Shown here in pieces: positions 1 through 7,070 of a DNA stretch of 52,244 nucleotides. The translations under genes were made by a program, and so were the position numbers. Position 1 is the stretch's first letter. Every line of letters begins with the position of its first letter. The stretch comes from a virus. The notes under the pieces were generated by a model. That model worked only from the letters and a program-made list of their open reading frames with translations. It did not search any database and had not been told where the DNA came from. The stretch lies in IMG/VR virus record IMGVR_UViG_3300024992_000001; one strand, written 5' to 3'.

Positions 1-127
1 AAGCTTAAAGAATTTTCCTGCTTATCGCCGTCAATCAGGAGCACGGAGCGCCGGCGAGCGGTCCGTAAGACGGCCAGGTTAGTTGCGAGTGTGGTCTTCC
101 CGCTACCCCCTTTGGTTGACCCTACAA
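1..127. repeat. Terminal duplication copy 1 (identical to 52118-52244); circular-closure overlap
   Basis: 127/127 identity read directly. It lies inside the parA-like ORF, which is complete only after the ends are joined. Confidence 0.95.
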
Positions 128-140
128 CCAGTATGGACAT
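1..140 (-). CDS. parA: ParA/Soj-family partition ATPase, N-terminal part (same gene as 51610-52244 across the circular junction)
   Basis: The reverse complement of 140..1 reads MSILVVGSTKGGSGKTTLATNLAVLRTARRRSVLLIDGDKQENSLS. It carries the deviant Walker A KGGSGKT and runs in frame into the 51610-52161 ORF. Confidence 0.85.
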   Translation of the reverse strand, partial: MSILVVGSTKGGSGKTTLATNLAVLRTARRRSVLLIDGDKQENSLS

Positions 141-184
141 TCGTTTTCTTTCTTTTCGTCACCTGTCATCAATATTATTCCAAC

Positions 185-208
185 ATTAAAACAATTCTAA
201 AATAGCAC
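185..208. repeat. 24-nt direct repeat copy A (ATTAAAACAATTCTAAAATAGCAC) in the parA/early divergent control region
   Basis: 20/24 identical to 285-308, exactly 100 bp away. It shares the core AAATAGCA with sites at 14654, 15172 and 21348. Confidence 0.6.
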
Positions 209-222
209 TCTATTAATGTCAA
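194..222 (-). promoter_or_regulatory. Putative sigma70-type promoter of the parA operon
   Basis: The minus strand reads TTGACA (222..217), a 17-nt spacer, then TAGAAT (199..194). The parA ATG is at 140. Confidence 0.6.
201..214. promoter_or_regulatory. Palindrome AATAG-N4-CTATT in the spacer of the parA promoter (candidate ParG/ParA operator)
   Basis: AATAGCACTCTATT lies between the -35 and -10 elements. Related palindromes occur at 14654-14667, 18600-18609 and 19361-19374. Confidence 0.45.
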
Positions 223-249
223 CGAAATTCAGGATTTTAGGCATTTCTA

Positions 250-278
250 TTGACATAGCGAAGCTAGTTTGCTACTAT
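250..278 (+). promoter_or_regulatory. Putative sigma70-type promoter of the leftmost early operon
   Basis: TTGACA (250-255), a 17-nt spacer, then TACTAT (273-278). It is divergent from the parA promoter. Confidence 0.6.
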
Positions 279-284
279 AGTAGT

Positions 285-308
285 ATTAAAACAATATTGA
301 AATAGCAT
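285..308. repeat. 24-nt direct repeat copy C (ATTAAAACAATATTGAAATAGCAT)
   Basis: 20/24 identical to 185-208. It contains the 16-mer ATATTGAAATAGCATT (294-309), which recurs exactly at 15172-15187. Confidence 0.6.
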
Positions 309-320
309 TGGTTTAACATT

Positions 321-548
321 GTGTCTGACGCGGAAGAGGAAGAAAAAAGAAGTAAACAGCGGAGTGAAGCCGGTCGTAAAGGCTATCTTGCGGCTCTGGC
401 TAAAAACCCCGATTTTCATTCTCTCGGCGGTAAGGCTTTTGTCGAACGCATAGATATGTTCTTTTGCTCCTGTCATGGGGTAGGTCTCGGAGCAGCCTAC
501 GCTCATAACAAGGTCAAAGGTAAGAAACATCGTTACAGGAAAAGTTAA
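321..548 (+). CDS. Hypothetical small basic protein (75 aa, GTG start)
   Basis: ORF track. It begins about 35 nt downstream of the predicted promoter. No clear SD, so this is a weak call. Confidence 0.4.
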   Translation: MSDAEEEEKRSKQRSEAGRKGYLAALAKNPDFHSLGGKAFVERIDMFFCSCHGVGLGAAYAHNKVKGKKHRYRKS

Positions 549-558
549 GGAGTTAACA

Positions 559-726
559 ATGATTACTCAAGCCCGTCCCCGTGTCCTTGGAAAGAAACGC
601 ACTATTGATGGTGTGACTTATGACTCTCGCGGTTATAACCTGGACTTCCGCACCAGCACCCGTTTTCGTCGTCACGATTTCAATAGCTGGAAGAAGGTAG
701 CTCATCGTTACTCAGGAAATAATTAA
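559..726 (+). CDS. Hypothetical small basic protein (55 aa, below the ORF-track cutoff)
   Basis: Read by eye. AAGGAG (547-552) sits 6 nt before ATG 559. The product reads MITQARPRVLGKKRTIDGV... The stop TAA (724-726) overlaps the next ATG (TAATG). Confidence 0.55.
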   Translation: MITQARPRVLGKKRTIDGVTYDSRGYNLDFRTSTRFRRHDFNSWKKVAHRYSGNN

Positions 727-1016
727 TGGCAATCAAGATAGTTAAACTAACCCAGGAGAGCGAGACCGCGCCAGCTAAATATAGCGGCACCGTACAAACC
801 AGCCCTACGCTTTTTTGCGACTTCTTTTTTTATTTCAAGCATTGCCGCTGGAATTTAGAGCTTTACACACCGGGTGGTGATTTAGATTTAGACGGTTATA
901 TAGGTGAGGGCGGCGAGCTCGACGATATGAATAAGACCGTCGCTACCAGCATTATCACCTATGCCCTGGCTACTCTCCTGGGCGATGCCGAAGTAGTCTG
1001 GAAGTTAAGGGAATGA
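726..1016 (+). CDS. Hypothetical protein (96 aa)
   Basis: ORF track. The start overlaps the upstream stop and the stop overlaps the next start (ATGA). Confidence 0.5.
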   Translation: MAIKIVKLTQESETAPAKYSGTVQTSPTLFCDFFFYFKHCRWNLELYTPGGDLDLDGYIGEGGELDDMNKTVATSIITYALATLLGDAEVVWKLRE

Positions 1017-1234
1017 AAACAACTTCATTGAGATTCAATATCAGAATAGGTAAAGACCGTTACGGACTGGACTATGACACAAATTATGGAATGAACAAAA
1101 GAACCGGCTGGTCTTTTACCTGGAACGGAAGTTATTTTACCGAGCTTGAAAAGAGCTTGATAAAAGCGGTCTGGGTTGGTTTCAAGAAAAGCCGGGCTGC
1201 GAAGAAGGACATGGAGAAATATGAGAGTAAGTAA
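1013..1234 (+). CDS. Hypothetical protein (73 aa)
   Basis: ORF track. ATGA coupling to the upstream ORF. Confidence 0.5.
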   Translation: MKTTSLRFNIRIGKDRYGLDYDTNYGMNKRTGWSFTWNGSYFTELEKSLIKAVWVGFKKSRAAKKDMEKYESK

Positions 1235-1439
1235 CGAACTGGACTATTACGAAACCCTGGAGCGCATTTCGAAATACGACAGCCCGGAAAAGCTGAAGAA
1301 AAACAGCGGTAAAGACTGGGGCCTGAATTATCACGAAGCGCTCGAAATGGCCTACGAAAACGTTATTGAAGAGGCTAAAGGGGCAATCAAGGGCCGCCGG
1401 CGTCCGAAAAAGGAAGGTCAAAATGCAGCAAAAATTTAA
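1220..1439 (+). CDS. Hypothetical protein (72 aa; internal ATG of ORF 1176-1439 chosen)
   Basis: ATG 1220 is preceded by GGAG (1212-1215). The product reads MRVSNELDYYETLERISKY... Confidence 0.5.
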
Positions 1440-1755
1440 GTGGCAAGTTGTTAACCCGGAGACCGGGGAAATTCTGGCCGGAGCTAACGACCGCGAGACC
1501 GCGAACTTCATAGCTACAAAGCTCGAAGGCAAAGTCGAAGAAGCGATTATTGCCAGCATTAACGGGGAACTCAGTTTCAGCAAAACTAATTTCTATTTTC
1601 TCAGCGATGAATCGGAAACCCTTCCCGAAGCCATAGCTTCAGCTTTAGGGGTTAAATTCCCTTCCGGTCGAAACACCGGGCAATCTATAGAACTTGGTTA
1701 TGTAAACATAACTATTAGAAATACCGTAGACGACCGCGAACTTAACGACCACTAG
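1423..1755 (+). CDS. Hypothetical protein (110 aa; internal ATG of ORF 1366-1755 chosen)
   Basis: ATG 1423 is preceded by AAGGAAGG. It overlaps the upstream stop by a few nt. Confidence 0.55.
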   Translation: MQQKFKWQVVNPETGEILAGANDRETANFIATKLEGKVEEAIIASINGELSFSKTNFYFLSDESETLPEAIASALGVKFPSGRNTGQSIELGYVNITIRNTVDDRELNDH

Positions 1756-1764
1756 GAGTTTTCT

Positions 1765-1953
1765 ATGAAGATTGAAACCAAGGCTTCTCTTAACACGGAA
1801 GACCTTACGAAGGTTATTAAGACCTATTTCGAGCAAGCTGGTTACCGGGTCTTATCCGGGTTAGACGACCAGCAAATTCTAAACTTCCAGGTCGAATTCA
1901 TAGTTGAACAGGCCGGTTCGACTCCAGCACCGGCAGAAAAAAAAAAATACTAA
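1765..1953 (+). CDS. Hypothetical protein (62 aa); may be extended by -1 slippage on an A11 tract to 2081
   Basis: ORF track, with AGGAG upstream. It ends just after the A11 run (1937-1947). The -1 frame stays open for 45 more codons. Confidence 0.55.
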   Translation: MKIETKASLNTEDLTKVIKTYFEQAGYRVLSGLDDQQILNFQVEFIVEQAGSTPAPAEKKKY

Positions 1954-2065
1954 GTCCGGCCAGACAAGAAGTGCTCCGCAAAGCCAGGGCTAAATATTCT
2001 GAGAAAAAGAGACTGGAGAAAGAAGCTCAGAAACAAGAGGTGGTTGCGCCGGCTCCTGACCCTTT

Positions 2066-2314
2066 TTGGGACAACCGGTAGGGCAAACACCTGAACAATT
2101 AGGTTACAAACAGCTCTCGGAAACCTGGGTAGTCAATAACAAACATAAAGGCAGGGGTTGCGAAATCTGTCACGAAACAAATCCTAAACGTGGCTTCTAC
2201 CCGATTTTCGAAGATGAGAAGGAAAAGACACATAAAATTTGTTGGGATTGTTACGACCTCTGGTGCGACGAAGAGCTTCAAAGAGAGCGGATAAATGGAA
2301 CAAAAAGAGCCTGA
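2066..2314 (+). CDS. Hypothetical Cys-rich (zinc-binding-like) protein (82 aa, TTG start)
   Basis: The translation contains CEICH...CWDCYDLWC. The start codon is uncertain. Confidence 0.45.
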   Translation: MGQPVGQTPEQLGYKQLSETWVVNNKHKGRGCEICHETNPKRGFYPIFEDEKEKTHKICWDCYDLWCDEELQRERINGTKRA

Positions 2315-2564
2315 ATTCAAAGTCGGCGATAAGGTCAAGCTGGTTAACCTTTTCTTTGACAACACTTCGTTATGTGAAGTAACGATGGTCGGCCAGTTTG
2401 ATAACGACCTGGCCGGCGGCCAGCCGGTCAACCAGGACCAGGAACCGGTCATCTTCGCTTACAACTTACGGCGGCTAGATACCAGCGCGGTCTTTCACGG
2501 TGTACCAGAGTTTTACGTGAAACCTTTTAGAACGAAAAGGAAATCTAAAAATGAAGCTGCTTGA
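2295..2564 (+). CDS. Hypothetical protein (89 aa)
   Basis: ORF track. Overlapping coupling on both sides. Confidence 0.55.
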   Translation: MEQKEPEFKVGDKVKLVNLFFDNTSLCEVTMVGQFDNDLAGGQPVNQDQEPVIFAYNLRRLDTSAVFHGVPEFYVKPFRTKRKSKNEAA

Positions 2565-2940
2565 TAAGGTCTACGATTTCCAGGGCTATTATGGCTCGGC
2601 GGCCTGGTGCTACATAAAGATTTACCGCTCCGATAACGGCTGGACTACCGTCATAGCAACCGAGCCGATAGATTCTACCGGCGGGTACGCGAACCGGGGT
2701 ATAAGCATTACCAACGCCGCCGAAAAACTGGCAACCGAGATTATCAAGAAATTCCCGATTATCGACCCCGGCAAGCTCTCCTGGATTGAGCATTACCCGG
2801 CTCGCGGCGGCTGGCTTAATAAAATGCCGGAACACTTCTCCCTGGTTCAATTCAAGTTTAATGGTCGTGAGTTCAGCAGTCCGACCTGGGTAAAGAAAGA
2901 AAAAATTGAAATCGAAGACTTAATCGGGGAGAAGTTGTAA
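2551..2940 (+). CDS. Hypothetical protein (129 aa)
   Basis: ORF track. The stop abuts the next ATG. Confidence 0.6.
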   Translation: MKLLDKVYDFQGYYGSAAWCYIKIYRSDNGWTTVIATEPIDSTGGYANRGISITNAAEKLATEIIKKFPIIDPGKLSWIEHYPARGGWLNKMPEHFSLVQFKFNGREFSSPTWVKKEKIEIEDLIGEKL

Positions 2941-3135
2941 ATGTTTGACCAGAAAGAGCACAGGTGCCCGGCCTGTGGACATAAGAAAAAATATAACGAG
3001 TTTTACCTTCGAAATTACAAGCCGAACGGTATCTGTAAAGAGTGCTATCGGTTACGTTACCAGCATAAGAAAAGACGACCTGGTTATGCGAGCGCGAGCT
3101 TCGCGGCCTTAAATAATTTAAGAACGGGGGTTTAA
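2941..3135 (+). CDS. Hypothetical zinc-ribbon protein (64 aa)
   Basis: CPACGH...CKEC pairs. The stop abuts the next start. Confidence 0.55.
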   Translation: MFDQKEHRCPACGHKKKYNEFYLRNYKPNGICKECYRLRYQHKKRRPGYASASFAALNNLRTGV

Positions 3136-3348
3136 GTGTTAGAGAAAGTAGCAATTATAAGATACGGGGAAAGAGAATTTTTAATTGAGCTTTTCTCCAA
3201 AAAAGGATATTTAACTGGGCGTTTCGATACCATTGAAGAAGCGCAAAATCAATTAAAAAGAAACGATTACACCTATCAATTTGAAGGTGTAAGTTTAGAA
3301 AAAGGTTATTTTGAAGTTTGGGGAGTATTAAATGCCAATTTACGGTAA
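3136..3348 (+). CDS. Hypothetical protein (70 aa, GTG start)
   Basis: ORF track. Contiguous with its neighbours. Confidence 0.5.
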   Translation: MLEKVAIIRYGEREFLIELFSKKGYLTGRFDTIEEAQNQLKRNDYTYQFEGVSLEKGYFEVWGVLNANLR

Positions 3349-3610
3349 TTACACTTTAGCTCTTTATTGTGAAAATTACGACGATATGGACCCGGAAAAT
3401 GTTTTTGACCCTAACGACAAAGAAAAAGTTTTCCATAGCTACAAAGAATTTCCGCATGAATTTATCAGCCGGGAAGAAGGAAGCAGAGCTAGAAATTCAG
3501 CAAGAGCGGCAGGTTGGAAATTAGATGTAGATAAAGGATTAGCTTACTGCCCTAAATGTGTTAGAAGGTATAAAGATGCCATTAAGCCCAAAACAGCTTC
3601 AAATTCTTGA
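3332..3610 (+). CDS. Hypothetical protein (92 aa)
   Basis: ORF track. C-terminal CPKC motif. Confidence 0.5.
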   Translation: MPIYGNYTLALYCENYDDMDPENVFDPNDKEKVFHSYKEFPHEFISREEGSRARNSARAAGWKLDVDKGLAYCPKCVRRYKDAIKPKTASNS

Positions 3611-5072
3611 AAAAATGCGCTCAGCCCAGAAGGTAATTATCCAGTCGAAGGAAGAAGAGTTACCGCCGGACCCTGAGACGGTGCCGCCTGTTAAAAGCAA
3701 GAAGCCTTCCTGGAGTCACCAGGAGACTGCTTACAGACTGGCCTATCACCGGAACAGCTTCGCCTTCTTCATGGAAATGGGTACCGGTAAATCAAAAGTA
3801 GCGGTGGACCTGATTGTTAATAAGGGTTTCAAGCTCTCGGTTATTTTTACGGTCAAGTCGGCGGTAGATTCGGTCTGGCCGGGAGAATTCGAAAAATACG
3901 CTGCCGAGCCGGTCCAGGTGTTACACCTTAAATTCAATAAGACTGCCGTCGAAAAGGTCAAAATTGCAAAGAAATTCCTTGAAGAAGCCAAGTCCACAGG
4001 GGGCGCCGCCGTGCTGGTCATGAATTACGAACTCGGTATCCAGCCGGCTATGAAGAGTTTTCTTATGGGCCTGCCGATTGACGCGGTATTCTGCGACGAG
4101 AGCCAGAAGATACAGGCGCCCGGCGGCAAGGCCAGCCAATTCCTTTATCACCTGGGGAAGCGCGTCCATTACCGGTACCTGCTCACCGGTACGCCCTTCC
4201 CCAGCTCGCCGCTCTCGATTTACGGCCAGTACCGCTTCATGGAACCGAACATCTTCGGCACCAGCTTCAACGCTTTTAAGTACCAGTACGCCGACTTCGA
4301 CGAATTCGGGGTAACCGAATACAAGAATTTCGACGACCTGAATAAGAAGATTTACAGCCGGGCTTACCGGGTTAAGAGCGCCGATGTGCTGGACCTGCCG
4401 CCGCTCCAGACTATCGAACGGGCCTTCGAGCTGTCAGACAAGGCCCAGGCCGCCTATATGAGTATGGCCCGGACCTTCCTGGCGAAGCTCGACAAAGGCG
4501 AAATCCGAACCTCGAACGTGCTCAGTCGGGGCCTTCGCTTCCAGCAGCTTACGTCCGGCTGGCTACCTGTGGAGACCGAGCAGGGGCGGGAGCTGGAGCG
4601 GGTCGATTTTGGCAAAGAAGAAATCCTGACCGAACTCCTGGAAGGGGTCGAAGACGAAGAACCTTTCGTCATTTTCTGCCGCTTCACTCACGACCTGGAT
4701 ATTGTCCATAAAGTCAGCCTTAAACTGGGCCGCAAGTCCCTGGAGCTATCGGGCCGGGAAAACCAACTGGACCAGTGGAAGGCCGGGGCCGCGCCGGTGC
4801 TGGCGGTCCAGATTCAGGCCGGCGGGGCCGGTATAGACCTCACCAGGGCGCATTACGTGTGCTATTACTCTATCGGCTATATCCAGCCGGCTACGTATGA
4901 ACAGAGCCTTTTTAGGGCCTACCGGCCCGGCCAGCGGCAATCGGTGACCATCTATCACATCGTGGCTAAAAATACGATTGACCGCAAAATCATGTACAAC
5001 CTGGCTCACAAGCTCCAGATTAACGAAGAAGTCCTGACTTATCATTTAAGGGAAGTTGTAACGGGCAAATAA
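3576..5072 (+). CDS. SNF2-family (SF2) DNA helicase/translocase
   Basis: Motifs in the translation are FMEMGTGKSKV (I), VFCDESQKIQ (II, DExQ), LLTGTP (III), QIQAGGAGIDLT (V) and QSLFRAYRPGQ (VI). The start was set at ATG 3576. Confidence 0.85.
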   Translation: MPLSPKQLQILEKMRSAQKVIIQSKEEELPPDPETVPPVKSKKPSWSHQETAYRLAYHRNSFAFFMEMGTGKSKVAVDLIVNKGFKLSVIFTVKSAVDSVWPGEFEKYAAEPVQVLHLKFNKTAVEKVKIAKKFLEEAKSTGGAAVLVMNYELGIQPAMKSFLMGLPIDAVFCDESQKIQAPGGKASQFLYHLGKRVHYRYLLTGTPFPSSPLSIYGQYRFMEPNIFGTSFNAFKYQYADFDEFGVTEYKNFDDLNKKIYSRAYRVKSADVLDLPPLQTIERAFELSDKAQAAYMSMARTFLAKLDKGEIRTSNVLSRGLRFQQLTSGWLPVETEQGRELERVDFGKEEILTELLEGVEDEEPFVIFCRFTHDLDIVHKVSLKLGRKSLELSGRENQLDQWKAGAAPVLAVQIQAGGAGIDLTRAHYVCYYSIGYIQPATYEQSLFRAYRPGQRQSVTIYHIVAKNTIDRKIMYNLAHKLQINEEVLTYHLREVVTGK

Positions 5073-5109
5073 CCTTTTTAAGGCTTTGCCCTTTATCAAA
5101 TGGTGTGCA

Positions 5110-5145
5110 TTAACACTTGACAGGGTGTTAATCAATTGCTAATAT
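5110..5145 (+). promoter_or_regulatory. Operator-over-promoter site 1: TTAACAC-N8-GTGTTAA palindrome spanning the -35 element
   Basis: TTAACACTTGACAGGGTGTTAA (5110-5131) has perfect 7-bp inverted half-sites. TTGACA (5117-5122), a 17-nt spacer, then TAATAT (5140-5145). Confidence 0.7.
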
Positions 5146-5153
5146 ACATCATT

Positions 5154-5531
5154 ATGACGATGTTAGAGTTTCTTCGATTGCGAAAATACAAGATTGCTGC
5201 TAGACTAAATTTCCAGTCTACAGCATCGGCCAATAACCAGATAGCGAACTTCGCTCTTGCGTCTTTCGAATATCGAAAGCTCTACTTCGAGACCAACGGC
5301 GTTTACCCGCCGGACGATGAAAACGATGTTCAGCACACCGAATATTACAACCGGGTGAAATATAACCGGGGAAGGAAAACAGACCTCAAAGCGGGTGAAA
5401 AAGATAGCAAGGCGAAAACTCCGGTAAAGGGTAGGAAAGCAGTTGAGTATGCGCGGAGCCGGGGCCAGGAGAACCTTATCGAAGATTCCGAACTTGACGC
5501 CCTTGCTAACGAAATTGCCAGTCTGCTTTAG
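5154..5531 (+). CDS. Hypothetical protein, possible HTH at the N-terminus (125 aa); apparently leaderless
   Basis: ATG 5154 lies 8 nt after the -10 hexamer. The product reads MTMLEFLRLRKYKIAARLNFQS... with a basic middle region. Confidence 0.5.
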   Translation: MTMLEFLRLRKYKIAARLNFQSTASANNQIANFALASFEYRKLYFETNGVYPPDDENDVQHTEYYNRVKYNRGRKTDLKAGEKDSKAKTPVKGRKAVEYARSRGQENLIEDSELDALANEIASLL

Positions 5532-5671
5532 AAAGGATGGTGAACACCGATGATTAAATGACTGAGTTAGTAAAAGAGAAAAAAACTTAAAAATGAAATG
5601 AATTGAGTGAGTATAAACAGTTTCCAGGAGCCCGGTAATACCCATCGGGCCCCTGGAGAAAGTAAGAAGAG

Positions 5672-6061
5672 ATGGAAGTCTTAAAACAATTATTAGCAGC
5701 CCGGAAGGCCCTTGACGAAGCTAAAGCCGCCGAGAGTGAAGCACAAAAAAACTGGAGAGCCGCACAGGAAAGAGCCCTTGAATATTTCGCCGATAACGGG
5801 CTGGAGCGCGCCCGGCTCGACGGCATGACCATCTATCACACTTCCCGCGCCTGGGTAAAAGTCGACCTGGACCAGGAAGGCGTCAAAGAAGTCCTGGACC
5901 GTAACGGCCTGGGCTACCTGGTCAAAGAAACCGTAAACACTAATTCTCTTTCAAGCTGGTATAGCGAGCAAAGGGAGTTAGGCACCGAACTATCCCCCGA
6001 ATTACTCGAAGTCCTGACTATCTCCGAAACGCCGGAAGTGCGAGTCAGGAAAGCAAGTTAA
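5672..6061 (+). CDS. Hypothetical coiled-coil protein (129 aa), possibly a recombination-module accessory protein
   Basis: The N-terminus is a helical heptad-like stretch (LLAARKALDEAKAAESEAQKNWRAAQE). It sits directly upstream of the SSB-like ORF. Confidence 0.5.
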   Translation: MEVLKQLLAARKALDEAKAAESEAQKNWRAAQERALEYFADNGLERARLDGMTIYHTSRAWVKVDLDQEGVKEVLDRNGLGYLVKETVNTNSLSSWYSEQRELGTELSPELLEVLTISETPEVRVRKAS

Positions 6062-6099
6062 CACCGATTCACCGAATCAAAAATACAAGGAGTTTTACT

Positions 6100-6993
6100 A
6101 TGCCTACCAAAACTACCGACCTGGCCGTCGCTACGGCTCCCGAATATGTTGCCCTTTCTCTCGACACCAGCGAACTCACCGAAAGCTTGGCCGAGTCGCT
6201 CGGCTCGGAAGGCTTCGGGCCAAACGATTTTGACACCTTGACCGTCCCGAACGCTACCGCCGCGCCCGTGTGGAACCTGCCGGACAGTGACGAATCCCCG
6301 AAACAATTAAAAGGGATTATCATCTTTCACCAGCCGGTTCAAACCCTCTGGCTCAAACCCCTGAACGAAGGCAACTCTAACATGCCGCCGGATTGTGTTG
6401 GCCGGAAGGACCAGCGGACCGGCGAGCTGGTCGGTTCCCAAAACCGTCAATGGGTCTATGAGAACTTCAAAAATAGCCCCTATGTCCAGCGCCCCGAAGG
6501 GCTGGTTAATGAATTTCCTTCTCCCGTGTCTTCCATGCAAAAACAACTCTGCGAGACCTGCCCGTTCTCCCAGTGGAAAACTGCTCAAAAAGGCGGGGGC
6601 CAGTTCTGTACGGCGAAGCGCGATATTTACATGCTCCTGCCTGACCGGCCCTTCCCGGTCCTGGTCAAAGTGCCGCCGACCAGTCTCATTTCGGCCCGTA
6701 AGTATTTCTTGAGCCTATCTAAAAGCTTGCTCGGCCCTTCCAACGTCGAAACAATCCTTACACTCCAGAAGGAAAACGCAACTCCGCCTTACTACAAAAT
6801 TGTTTTCACGAAGGGCCCACAGGTGGACCGCGAAAACGCCGCACGGGCAAAAGCCTACGGCGCGGCTATCAAACCCTTTATCGAAAAAGCGGCGGTAACC
6901 GCTACTCAAACCGCCGCGAAGAAGTCCGGTCCGGCGGTAAGCACCTTTGACGACTTCGACGACGAAGACGAAGAAATGGACTTGGAAGATTAA
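6100..6993 (+). CDS. Putative ssDNA-binding/recombination-associated protein with an acidic C-terminal tail (297 aa)
   Basis: AAGGAG RBS. The C-terminus reads FDDFDDEDEEMDLED. A Cys cluster is present (PPDC...CETC...FC). The functional assignment is tentative. Confidence 0.45.
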   Translation: MPTKTTDLAVATAPEYVALSLDTSELTESLAESLGSEGFGPNDFDTLTVPNATAAPVWNLPDSDESPKQLKGIIIFHQPVQTLWLKPLNEGNSNMPPDCVGRKDQRTGELVGSQNRQWVYENFKNSPYVQRPEGLVNEFPSPVSSMQKQLCETCPFSQWKTAQKGGGQFCTAKRDIYMLLPDRPFPVLVKVPPTSLISARKYFLSLSKSLLGPSNVETILTLQKENATPPYYKIVFTKGPQVDRENAARAKAYGAAIKPFIEKAAVTATQTAAKKSGPAVSTFDDFDDEDEEMDLED

Positions 6994-7026
6994 CCCGCCA
7001 TAAGGTCCGTTCTCCTTACTCCTACG

Positions 7027-7056
7027 AAAAGGGCCTGCTCCACCAGGCCCTTTTTA
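7027..7056 (+). terminator. Intrinsic terminator
   Basis: AAAA-GGGCCTG-ctccac-CAGGCCC-TTTTT. Confidence 0.75.
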
Positions 7057-7070
7057 AATCAAAGGCTTTT

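Noticed and set aside
1-127. Reading the 127-bp end repeat as a biological direct terminal repeat or as a duplicated parA fragment.
   Set aside because: It interrupts an otherwise intact gene and its length matches a common assembler k-mer. Circular closure is the simpler explanation, although virion ends were not examined.
321-548. Stress-protein KGG-repeat-like motif (SEAGRKG...GGKA) in the first early ORF.
   Set aside because: It is a single degenerate match seen by eye in a weakly supported GTG-initiated ORF. That is not enough to name a family.
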